Shown piece after piece: positions 1 to 7,933 of a stretch of DNA of 64,000 nucleotides; the stretch's first letter is position 1, and each line of letters begins with the position of its first letter. Location: positions 14,176-78,175 of the IMG/VR virus record IMGVR_UViG_3300037714_000266; one strand, 5' to 3'. Both the position numbers and the translations under genes were made by a program. The notes beneath the pieces were generated by a model, which ran no database searches, was not told the DNA's origin, and worked only from the letters and a program-made list of their open reading frames with translations. This DNA is from a virus. Lineage: Duplodnaviria; Caudoviricetes.

Positions 1-611
1 AGGGCCTTGGTAAGCGCCTGCACCTCCCTGATCGACGCATCGAACAGCTTGTGCAGTTTGGTGTTCTCTGCCGTGAGGCGCTCTACATCGCCGAAAAGAC
101 CGGCAGCTCCGCCTTCCAAAAAGGTGAGCGAATCGAGAAACAGATCGCGCTCTCGAATGAACGCCTCGGCCGAATCTGATCCATGGACCGCGTTAGCCGG
201 CATCTCAGATCCGTACATGGAGCGTAAGGTCTTGTCGTTGGCCGATGACTTTCGGGACTCCATTGGATCTGTGGGTCCCATGAGGTTACGCCATGTTTCG
301 ATCGCAGCGACGCCCTCGAAGCATGCGAAAACAACCGGCCCAGAGCACTGGAAATCGATCAGGTCTTCGTAGAACGACTTGTCCTTGTGCTCTTCGTAGA
401 ATTTCTCCCAAAAAACCCTTGGGACAGGGCCTTCGCTCATGAACATCCAGATCAAATCCAAAGACCACTGCCCAGCTTTTGCGATGATCTCGCCGACGTT
501 TCCGTCCCTGACGGCGTCGGGTTTGATGATGGCGAATGTGCGTTCGAGATCAGAGCACAGGAACGTGCCCTGATGGTCTTGCGCCTCTGTGGCGCCAACG
601 TCGTCAGCCAT
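1..611 (-). CDS. ndk: Nucleoside diphosphate kinase with C-terminal extension (3' end runs off window)
   Basis: Manual translation from ATG at 611: ERTFAIIKPDAV...FYEEHKDKSFYEDLIDFQCSGPVV...WRNLMGPTDP...NAVHGSDS, the NDK signature with catalytic His. Frame is open to the window edge and is not in the ORF track. Confidence 0.9.
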   Translation of the reverse strand, partial: MADDVGATEAQDHQGTFLCSDLERTFAIIKPDAVRDGNVGEIIAKAGQWSLDLIWMFMSEGPVPRVFWEKFYEEHKDKSFYEDLIDFQCSGPVVFACFEGVAAIETWRNLMGPTDPMESRKSSANDKTLRSMYGSEMPANAVHGSDSAEAFIRERDLFLDSLTFLEGGAAGLFGDVERLTAENTKLHKLFDASIREVQALTKA

Positions 612-1029
612 TGGACCCAACCCTCGCTTCCCACCCCTCGCGTGCAAGCACGGTGTCGATGGCATCGGCATACGCGTGAAGCGCCTGTCCAGGGGTCGTC
701 GCGTTGTCGAAGTCGGCCGCGAACTCGCTAACTGGGTGGGATAGATCGACGAGGCTGTCGCCGATCTGGATCTTGGACGGACCGATGAGTCGTACGGGAC
801 CCGAAATCACCCTGACCCGATAGAAGGGGTTTCCATCGTCGGAATCGTCCTCCTCTCGCGGCTCGATACTGAGCACCAATCGATTGGGCGAGAAGACCCA
901 CGTCCTCAACCGATTGTAGATGTGACCGGCGACCTGTTCGTGAGTCAGGTCTCCTCTGAGGGCGATTTTGCCGTCCGGATCACGCCTAAAGAGTTCATCG
1001 ACCAGATCCTTGGCGAAATTACTGAGCAT
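604..1029 (-). CDS. Hypothetical protein
   Basis: ORF 604..1080; start moved to ATG 1029 (GAAGGAG RBS); stop overlaps ndk start region. Confidence 0.6.
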   Translation of the reverse strand: MLSNFAKDLVDELFRRDPDGKIALRGDLTHEQVAGHIYNRLRTWVFSPNRLVLSIEPREEDDSDDGNPFYRVRVISGPVRLIGPSKIQIGDSLVDLSHPVSEFAADFDNATTPGQALHAYADAIDTVLAREGWEARVGSNG

Positions 1030-1351
1030 CTCTGTCTCCTTCTCCTGCTGCTTCTTCTTCTTGAATCCACTCGACCTCACACGACTGAACTACATCGGTG
1101 ACGCCCTTGAATTTGCTGCGGATGATGTGCTTCGCACGCCCGATACAGTCATCGCTCACGTAGAAAAGAGGCGTGATGTGATCGCCGTTCGCGTTGATCC
1201 CCACAATCTCATGCAGATCCGCCTCGTACTTCATGGGCCACTCGTAGCCGCACCCCACACACTCGACCCAGAACAGATCCCACGGCTTGCCGTTGGGGTC
1301 GACAATGGGCCCTTGCTCAAGCCTGACGTGGCCGCCGAAGAACGAAATCAC
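1019..1351 (-). CDS. Hypothetical protein (CxxC)
   Basis: ORF 1019..1420; GTG at 1351 overlaps upstream stop (GTGA). Confidence 0.55.
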   Translation of the reverse strand: MISFFGGHVRLEQGPIVDPNGKPWDLFWVECVGCGYEWPMKYEADLHEIVGINANGDHITPLFYVSDDCIGRAKHIIRSKFKGVTDVVQSCEVEWIQEEEAAGEGDRDAQ

Positions 1352-1755
1352 TCGTTTTCTCTTTGTGCAGACGTCTGCACCTTGGGGCGCTTGGGCCAAG
1401 GACCACCGCACGACCCACAAACGCCGGTTTTGGGCACTGGTTCACCAGATCCGACGTACGAATCGAGCCCCAAAGAACTGCAATCGGCACAGGTCATCGA
1501 ACCGGACCAACCAACGATGCTGTATTGCATCGCAGGTCTTTCAGATTCGGGTCTTTCACGGGAATGCTCAGGGCACAGATGGGAATCACCAAACAAATCA
1601 CGCTCCCAGCCTTTTGGCGTCTCCTCTACTCCGACGGTGTAAACCGTGCCGAACCGACTCGCGGTCAAGCGGCATTTCGTTATCGCGACGGCGTCGCACT
1701 GGACATCATTCGAGTCACGAAACTCGCACGAAATGACTGCTTCGAATCGGATCAC
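1348..1755 (-). CDS. Cys-rich hypothetical protein
   Basis: Several CxxC pairs; ATGA-coupled to the upstream HNH-like gene. Confidence 0.55.
   Translation of the reverse strand: MIRFEAVISCEFRDSNDVQCDAVAITKCRLTASRFGTVYTVGVEETPKGWERDLFGDSHLCPEHSRERPESERPAMQYSIVGWSGSMTCADCSSLGLDSYVGSGEPVPKTGVCGSCGGPWPKRPKVQTSAQRENE
1365..1380. repeat. 16-bp palindrome GTGCAGACGTCTGCAC, copy 1 of 5
   Basis: Exact sequence; read as VQTSA near the C-terminus of 1348..1755. Confidence 0.95.
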
Positions 1756-2129
1756 GAAATCTGCTCCTCAGGCTGGTTTCTATGCAAACGACATTTCCAG
1801 ACCACCAACCTCGGGTTGCTGTAGTCCTGGTGGTGCGCCTCCACTTTTTCGGTTCCGCACACCACGCATGGCTTTTTCTTGAGCTTGCCACGGCTCACCA
1901 AGACGTTGGTGTAGGCCCGGCACCTGGTCCTCCGCCTCTGCTCCTCAGTCATGTCCGCGTAAGATGGTCGGTTGGCCGCCATCCACTCCCGCTGATAGAC
2001 CCGCCGACACTCTCGGCAGTACGACCCGTCGACCTTGGGTCGCTCCTCGCACCGCGGACAAATCCCGTCGTGACGGCGTAGTTTCTTCGGGCCGCCGCCC
2101 CACTTCGACCAGAAGTCCTCCGTGTCCAT
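1752..2129 (-). CDS. Small HNH-type zinc-binding endonuclease-like protein
   Basis: CPRC, CREC and RGKLKKKPCVVCG...EAHHQDYSNPRLVVWKC, typical of small phage HNH proteins. Confidence 0.7.
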   Translation of the reverse strand: MDTEDFWSKWGGGPKKLRRHDGICPRCEERPKVDGSYCRECRRVYQREWMAANRPSYADMTEEQRRRTRCRAYTNVLVSRGKLKKKPCVVCGTEKVEAHHQDYSNPRLVVWKCRLHRNQPEEQIS

Positions 2130-2143
2130 GTTTCCCGGGAAAC
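2130..2143. promoter_or_regulatory. 14-bp palindrome GTTTCCCGGGAAAC, candidate operator
   Basis: Perfect inverted repeat directly abutting the start codon of 1752..2129. Confidence 0.35.
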
Positions 2144-2152
2144 TCTAACATA

Positions 2153-2542
2153 TCAGTCATCGACCTCGTTGAGCGATCTACAACCAAAGGGGGCATCAAC
2201 AAGAGGTCGCTTGGCGAGAAAATCGTCGATGTCGAACACCGGCAGTGCGAGGGTTTGTGCCCAACTCACCTCCAAGTCAGCGCCGATCGATGGACCTGGT
2301 CGTCTCACCAGCGCCCCGACGTGCCTTAGCCACTCCTTGTTCATGGTCAACCACCAGTCTCGCGACTGCGGCGCAACCATGTCCCAGAAGATATTGAGGT
2401 GGGGCACGTAGGGCACGTAGCCAGCATCTCTGATGCGACCGGCGTCGATAATGGCGTTTCGGACGTGGATTTGCTGCTCCTCGCCTGCACCCATGATCGG
2501 ACCGGCGAGGAAGATGAGGTTGTTCTTGAGCGTCTTCATCAT
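2153..2542 (-). CDS. Nucleoside 2-deoxyribosyltransferase-like (NDT/DUF4406-type) protein
   Basis: IFLAGP N-terminal strand, PYVPHL, GPSIGADLEVSWA...LPVF pattern. Confidence 0.65.
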   Translation of the reverse strand: MMKTLKNNLIFLAGPIMGAGEEQQIHVRNAIIDAGRIRDAGYVPYVPHLNIFWDMVAPQSRDWWLTMNKEWLRHVGALVRRPGPSIGADLEVSWAQTLALPVFDIDDFLAKRPLVDAPFGCRSLNEVDD

Positions 2543-2546
2543 CGCC

Positions 2547-2942
2547 TTACTTCTTCCAGTGTCCTGGTTTCAGCTCTTCGGGAAGTACCTCATCGGGGTC
2601 CACTGAACCACAGAGACGATCGAACAACTCGTCGAAATTGACCTCCCCTTGCGCCAATCGAGATCCACCGAACACGATGTAATGGCTCTCGCCGCTGCGC
2701 CGCTTGGGCAGCCAGTAGATGGCCTTGACGCCGTGTTTTTCAATACTGGACTTCCAGTAGGCCACCCAGAGTTGGAACGTTTTGGGCTCTCTGACGCCAA
2801 CTTCCGAAGGCAAAAGGAACCTAAACTTCAACGGTCCCTCGGCCGAGCGAAGAATAACGCCGATGTTTTTGGCCTCCCCGCGCATGAGATCGCGCTCGTA
2901 GCGGGCGATGTACCACTGAACCTCACGGGCGTGACCGATCAT
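2547..2942 (-). CDS. DUF3037-like protein
   Basis: YIARYERDLMRGEAKNIGVIL resembles the DUF3037 N-terminal motif as recalled. Confidence 0.55.
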   Translation of the reverse strand: MIGHAREVQWYIARYERDLMRGEAKNIGVILRSAEGPLKFRFLLPSEVGVREPKTFQLWVAYWKSSIEKHGVKAIYWLPKRRSGESHYIVFGGSRLAQGEVNFDELFDRLCGSVDPDEVLPEELKPGHWKK

Positions 2943-3586
2943 GTCAACCGATAGATGAGCTGAGCGAACTTGGCCACGTACTCTTTGACCTTCTCCTCAG
3001 ACCAGGCGTGAATGAGCGCGTACTCTGGGTTGAAGGTCTTGGTCACGTCCTCGGCCGCGAATGTGTCCTTGGCCGCCTCCAGCCACAGCGAAACGAGCAC
3101 ACCCTCTGTAGGCTCAACCTGAACGACCGCGACTCGCTTCCGGCTCCCGAGGATGAACCGGTACGGCCGATCCAGAACAGTGAACTCGTACCATGGCTTT
3201 TTCGAGTAGGCGTCCGACTCTGGCCAGTATCGGTTTGGGATCTCCTTCATCCGGAACGGTAGCCGGATGCCAGTCTCGAACAAACCGGTTCGAGCGCTGA
3301 AGAGAGCGTTACGAAACTCAGCGCGTTCATTGAGCGAGATATGTCTGACGAGGCATGTTTCGTGAACCCATTCCTCGACGAGCGACCAATGGATTTGGTC
3401 GGACAGAGACTCGGCGTTGGTCTCCCATCCGTAATTACAGATCCGACAGATCATCTCCCGGACGTCGACGATGATGGTCCCGGTTTTGCCCCGTCCGTCT
3501 TTGGTTCTGCGCCAACACCAGAGTTGGTCGAACTGGTCGAATCCGACCATCTGATCGTCAGTGAGGGGTCTTACGATGTCGTTCAT
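2939..3586 (-). CDS. Hypothetical protein
   Basis: ORF 2939..3664; start ATG 3586 overlaps upstream stop (ATGA). Confidence 0.65.
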   Translation of the reverse strand: MNDIVRPLTDDQMVGFDQFDQLWCWRRTKDGRGKTGTIIVDVREMICRICNYGWETNAESLSDQIHWSLVEEWVHETCLVRHISLNERAEFRNALFSARTGLFETGIRLPFRMKEIPNRYWPESDAYSKKPWYEFTVLDRPYRFILGSRKRVAVVQVEPTEGVLVSLWLEAAKDTFAAEDVTKTFNPEYALIHAWSEEKVKEYVAKFAQLIYRLT

Positions 3587-4236
3587 GCTTTCTCCGCTGT
3601 CTCGCTCTTGCTCTGACAGAAAGCGTCCCACTCCTCTTTCCAGCCATCGCGCTCGGCACAGCACCCCCTCTTTTCTCTGAGAACATCACGAAACACATTG
3701 CTGAAACTGCATTCCACACTCGGATCGACGCGGATCTCGCCCGGCGTAAACCTGGTCGCCGGCCAGTCCTTGTGGGCCTCGCAGACCTTGTAAGACACGT
3801 GCTTGCCGTCGATGGTGCCGTGGACGCAGTAGGCAACGTTGGCGCCGCAGCATGGACCGCGCTCGTACATCGCAGAGTCCCAAGGAAGGGTGTTCGTCTT
3901 GATGGCTTCCCATTCCTCGTCGGTAGGAGGGCGAAAGCCGCCGTTAGCAGAAACGTCGTAATCATCCCACGGATCAGTTGAGTGCTCCTGGTGCCGAAAG
4001 TTGATTCGGTGGTATCGAAACCAACCCTCCCAAATCGACACACCCTCCGGAGCGTCATCGAGTCCGAGATCGCTGATATTCCGCCCCACGGCGTCGATCT
4101 CATGTTCCAAATGGCCGCCCACGAAATGGATCACAAAACCATTGCCGTCACCGCCGCTCACAATCACGGCACGGTTGACGCGATCGTAATCGTAATCCGG
4201 AGCCTGCACTGTGGTTGATGCATTTATCGTTGACAT
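3583..4236 (-). CDS. Hypothetical protein
   Basis: 217-aa ORF immediately downstream of a sigma70-like promoter. Confidence 0.6.
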   Translation of the reverse strand: MSTINASTTVQAPDYDYDRVNRAVIVSGGDGNGFVIHFVGGHLEHEIDAVGRNISDLGLDDAPEGVSIWEGWFRYHRINFRHQEHSTDPWDDYDVSANGGFRPPTDEEWEAIKTNTLPWDSAMYERGPCCGANVAYCVHGTIDGKHVSYKVCEAHKDWPATRFTPGEIRVDPSVECSFSNVFRDVLREKRGCCAERDGWKEEWDAFCQSKSETAEKA

Positions 4237-4245
4237 TACGCTCGT

Positions 4246-4273
4246 ATATTACCACCTAAGATGCGCTTGTCAA
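4246..4273 (-). promoter_or_regulatory. Sigma70-like early promoter TTGACA-N16-TAATAT
   Basis: Minus strand TTGACA AGCGCATCTTAGGTGG TAATATA; spacer resembles that of the promoter at 14964. Confidence 0.6.
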
Positions 4274-4432
4274 TGCCGCCTTGCATGCGTTGCAAACCGC
4301 GTACCCAGGCAGCGGTGCCTCGGACTCATCAGCAAGGATTTCTGGGTCAAGTTCTCCGCACGCCGCCTCGAAGTCGTCGTCTGGTGCCGAGAGATGCAGG
4401 GTCCATGTGAATAGCTGGATGACGTTGTTCAT
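4256..4432 (-). CDS. Small hypothetical protein (CxxC)
   Basis: C-terminal part of ORF 4256..4615; start uncertain. Confidence 0.35.
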   Translation of the reverse strand: MNNVIQLFTWTLHLSAPDDDFEAACGELDPEILADESEAPLPGYAVCNACKAALTSAS

Positions 4433-4472
4433 GACCCGATCATCGTTTAGTCGGACCGAGACGTCCAAAAAG

Positions 4473-4991
4473 CTACTTGATGCGCAGTCCTCGTTTGCCC
4501 TCACCGATCCGGATGCCAGGGATCTCCATGCCGGACTTGAGCGCCTTCTTGAGCGCCTTTTTGTCGGGATCGCGCGGCTTGGCTGGCCCAAGGAACTCCT
4601 CGGGCACCACGGCATTTTTCATGATCTCGGTGCCGCCTTCTGACTCCTGAACCCAGATGGTGAACAGCGCCGTGGAGATCTTGTCTTTCCTGACCGCGTC
4701 CATCGCCTGCTGCGAATACATCTTGAGCCATGCTGCGATTTTTTCGCGGCTCGCCCGTCGCCTTGCCAGCCGAGTCTCTTCGATCTTGATCACCGTGGCC
4801 TCGTACTCGACCTTCTTCACGAGCCTGACGATGTTTTCGATCTTTTCGTCGAAGGCCATTTCGACGGCGTCGAGTATCTCCTTTAGGTCTTTCGACGGGT
4901 CCTTTACCTCGCCAGTCTCTGGATCGATCGTCTCATCGTCGATGATGGACTGCGCCCTTATCATGGCCTCTGTGAGTTCGTAGAGCTTCAA
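4473..4991 (-). CDS. Siphovirus Gp157-family coiled-coil protein
   Basis: MKLYELT...DPETGEV...AFDEKIENIVRLVK...EETRLARRR...FTIWVQ...DKKALKKALKSGMEIPG, characteristic of Gp157. Confidence 0.85.
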   Translation of the reverse strand: MKLYELTEAMIRAQSIIDDETIDPETGEVKDPSKDLKEILDAVEMAFDEKIENIVRLVKKVEYEATVIKIEETRLARRRASREKIAAWLKMYSQQAMDAVRKDKISTALFTIWVQESEGGTEIMKNAVVPEEFLGPAKPRDPDKKALKKALKSGMEIPGIRIGEGKRGLRIK

Positions 4992-5001
4992 AGGTTTCCT
5001 C

Positions 5002-5211
5002 CTACTTCACCAGCTTCAGCTTTGTACCTCGACGGCATTCATTGCACTGCGGCTGTTGTCGAATGATCCCGTCAGCATCCCGGAGACCGAATTTCGAAGC
5101 GGGAAGCCACCGCCTGCACTTGGTGCAGTTGAATTGGCACCGAGTCAAAACCACGTTGACCGGGTATTCGACGCGGAATTCGTCGCCACTCGCTTCATCC
5201 TTCTTCGGCAT
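5002..5211 (-). CDS. Small zinc-finger protein
   Basis: CTKC ... CNEC. Confidence 0.55.
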   Translation of the reverse strand: MPKKDEASGDEFRVEYPVNVVLTRCQFNCTKCRRWLPASKFGLRDADGIIRQQPQCNECRRGTKLKLVK

Positions 5212-5803
5212 CTGACCCTTTGGATCGCCGGCTCATTTTGCGATCAATAGGACGTACGAGCGCCTCGTGGACTGACAAGCCCTTCCGTAGTCGTTTGTAG
5301 AAGACCGCCTCGCTCATTCCGATGCGCCGCAGGTGATCGATGGGTCGCCCCCTCACGCCGTCGATCTCCAGTACCACAGCATCGCCCATGCGCGCTCGCG
5401 CGCGACAAACACCGGAGCAGTAGAGTCGACCCGGAAGCGATGGCCCCTCACATATCGCGCACGGGTGTGTTCCTCGCTGCCGCACACGGGTTGTATGAGG
5501 CCCTGAGCCCGCCATGGCTTCTCTGAGCAGGACGAGGTCGACGTCGCGCTCCCCCGGCCTCACGGGCCGATGAGAAGGCTTCTCGCGCCTCCCTGCGTTG
5601 CACTTCGAGCAGAACGAAGACCGCTCCTCGGTGAAGCTTTCGCATCCGATGGTCCTACACGGTCGGTAGGATGAGATCCCTGGGTGCAATGCTTCAGCCG
5701 CCGACTTGAGGCTCTTCAGGTGGCTTGCTGACCGTACCCGAAGCCTCGATGGCAGCGTACTTGGCGTTCTCCTTGTCGATGCGATCGGTGACGAGCTTCG
5801 CAA
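5195..5803 (-). CDS. Zinc-finger / HTH DNA-binding protein (true start probably near 5689)
   Basis: CxxxxC, CSKC, CAIC, CSGVC and C-terminal GMSEAVFYKRLRKGLSVHEAL helix motif. Confidence 0.5.
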   Translation of the reverse strand: MRSSSPIASTRRTPSTLPSRLRVRSASHLKSLKSAAEALHPGISSYRPCRTIGCESFTEERSSFCSKCNAGRREKPSHRPVRPGERDVDLVLLREAMAGSGPHTTRVRQRGTHPCAICEGPSLPGRLYCSGVCRARARMGDAVVLEIDGVRGRPIDHLRRIGMSEAVFYKRLRKGLSVHEALVRPIDRKMSRRSKGSDAEEG

Positions 5804-5984
5804 GGTACTTCGGGATCGCCATCATCTTTTGGATCCCCTCGTAACTCTTGGACTGCGATACGAAGGGTGCGTAGTTCACGATCAACTCCCGTAGCGTCGC
5901 CACGGATTCGCGCCAGATCTGATTTTCGACCTTGGCGCGTCGAAGCTCATACTCCAACGTTTTCCGGTCGTCTTGGTTGTCCAT
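5694..5984 (-). CDS. Hypothetical coiled-coil protein
   Basis: ORF 5694..6071; start moved to ATG 5984 because the ATG at 6071 overlaps a promoter -10. Confidence 0.55.
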   Translation of the reverse strand: MDNQDDRKTLEYELRRAKVENQIWRESVATLRELIVNYAPFVSQSKSYEGIQKMMAIPKYLAKLVTDRIDKENAKYAAIEASGTVSKPPEEPQVGG

Positions 5985-6069
5985 GTGCGGTTTCTGTCCC
6001 GTACGATGACGATGGGCCAATGGGCTGATTCGTGGCTTTGGACCTGGTGATAACGTACTCATCTGGCCC

Positions 6070-6098
6070 ATCTTAGTGGGTCAGATGGATATGCTCAA
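6070..6098 (-). promoter_or_regulatory. Sigma70-like promoter TTGAGC-N17-TAAGAT
   Basis: Sits in the gap between the virion-gene block and the small early genes. Confidence 0.45.
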
Positions 6099-6100
6099 GG

Positions 6101-7927
6101 TCAGAGCCACTTCGCTCGGAGTTTTTCGAGGGCCACGAGGTTGAGGATCCCGCCCTTAGCCCACTGGATGATGACGGTCCCGCCGGTGGTACTCCCAACG
6201 AAGACTCCGTAGGCCGTGCCGTTGGTGACGATCATGCCAGACTCGATATCACCACTCTTGCCGTCGACGCGCTTGAGTCCGTTGGCCTGTGCTGCGGCGG
6301 CCGACAACGTTGTGTTCGCCTTCACCTCGGTGAGGTGGCTGACGTCTTCGGTGACGCCGCGCTTCTTCGCGAGCAGGGCGATATAGGGAGCGTGGGCAGC
6401 TTCAGCTTCACGATCGGACTTGGGGTCGAGCGTTACTGTGAACTCAAGACCTTCCTTGTCCCACTTGACCTTGTGACCCTTCTTCGTGATGGCTGCGGCA
6501 AGTTTCTGATTGTTCTTGCGCAGCTTCTCTTTGTCGCGATTGTCGCGGTGTCCAGCGTGAAGGACGCGGCCTGCCCATTCACTCCAGAACTGACTGCCGA
6601 ACATCTTCTCGCCGATTGCGACGACCTCGTCTCGCATCCGACCTCTGGCACGGTTGACGATCACACCCTTCGCAGGGATGTAGTCCTTCCCCATCTTCAG
6701 ATCGAAGTCGACATCTTTCATGAGCCAGTCGGGGATCTTTGCTTCGCTGATTCCGGCACTCTCCGTGATCCACACCATGCCGTCGCGTCCGACCGCAAAC
6801 CCTGGCTTGTTCTTCTTGCCCTTCTCCGTGTGCTCGATCGTTTTGTCGTCGACCTTCTTCCAAACCGCTTTCCCGGCGCTCGGAACGGCAGAAAAGACAG
6901 TGCCTGGCTTGAGCGACTTGAACGACACCTTCTTCAGGTTCTCTTCGTCGAGACGATCGAAGCCGAAGGACTCGTTCATGACCTCGGCGAAGAACTTCTC
7001 GTTCTCGCTCACGAGGTCTGCAACAGCGATGTCGAATGGGTCGGTCCGGGCTCGACCGACAGCCATCAGTGAGAGGTGAGAGGCGTTCAACTCTCCATTG
7101 GGTCCCTTCGCAGGGGTCATGAGCACGAACTGCTCACCCTTGCGATTCGTCATCGACAGCCAGTCGTGGTTCGCGCCACGGCTGACCACCGAGGTGACCA
7201 CGAAGGTCTGCCCACGGATGGAGAGTTTCTGTCCTGGGGTGGCCCCGTAGAGACCCGCGAAGACGCGCTTCGCTTCACCCACGGCCGCCGACTGCGCCGA
7301 CGCCTGCGAGTTCGTGGCCATGCCAGGGGCGTCTCCGGATCCACCAGCGTCACCAACCACCGCCCCTTGGGGTCCAATCGTCTTTGACGGAGTCGAGATC
7401 GACTCGAAGTCGCTGAGCCCCTTCTGCCACGCCTTCGACTCGCCTTGCTGCGGCGTCAGGTCGAGAGTGTTCACGTGAGACCCGGAAGCCAACCGCTTGT
7501 CGGTGAATTCGACCCATGCGAGATGCCCCTTGCCGCGCTGACTGTCTTGCTCGGCCTGGATCATCTCGACCGTACCAACTTTGCCCTTGAGCGGACCCTT
7601 GGCCATTGCGTCTGCGTCCGATTTCGGCGTCACCTTCACAGCGTCGCCCACCGAGATCCCATCGGCGCTGTTGATTCGCTTGCCCTTCGATTCGGTGATC
7701 GAGAACATCTCCTCTCCGCCCGCATCGACGACCTTGGCGCTTTTCACGTCATCGCGGCTAGCGATGAGATCGGCCAACTTCTTCTTCGACGGAGCGCCCC
7801 ACTTCCGAAGCCACGAATCCTTCTTCGTCTTGCCGTCCTTGGTGGTCGTGACGATGAACGCTTTGACATCATACGACCGCGCTTCGTCGAGGCCGCTGTT
7901 CAGTAGATCTGCGTAACTCATCGTCAA
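6101..7927 (-). CDS. Putative capsid-internal multidomain protein
   Basis: 608 aa; repeated hydrophobic-x-E sites (LDEA, ITES, MNES, ISEA, LTEV); KOW/SH3-like segment ISVGDAVKVTP...GKVGTVE. Confidence 0.65.
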   Translation of the reverse strand: MTMSYADLLNSGLDEARSYDVKAFIVTTTKDGKTKKDSWLRKWGAPSKKKLADLIASRDDVKSAKVVDAGGEEMFSITESKGKRINSADGISVGDAVKVTPKSDADAMAKGPLKGKVGTVEMIQAEQDSQRGKGHLAWVEFTDKRLASGSHVNTLDLTPQQGESKAWQKGLSDFESISTPSKTIGPQGAVVGDAGGSGDAPGMATNSQASAQSAAVGEAKRVFAGLYGATPGQKLSIRGQTFVVTSVVSRGANHDWLSMTNRKGEQFVLMTPAKGPNGELNASHLSLMAVGRARTDPFDIAVADLVSENEKFFAEVMNESFGFDRLDEENLKKVSFKSLKPGTVFSAVPSAGKAVWKKVDDKTIEHTEKGKKNKPGFAVGRDGMVWITESAGISEAKIPDWLMKDVDFDLKMGKDYIPAKGVIVNRARGRMRDEVVAIGEKMFGSQFWSEWAGRVLHAGHRDNRDKEKLRKNNQKLAAAITKKGHKVKWDKEGLEFTVTLDPKSDREAEAAHAPYIALLAKKRGVTEDVSHLTEVKANTTLSAAAAQANGLKRVDGKSGDIESGMIVTNGTAYGVFVGSTTGGTVIIQWAKGGILNLVALEKLRAKWL

Positions 7928-7933
7928 TGCTCC

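Noticed and set aside
4230-4258. Plus-strand TTGACA at 4230
   Set aside because: No -10 at 16-18 nt spacing and no plus-strand gene downstream; the minus-strand promoter fits better.
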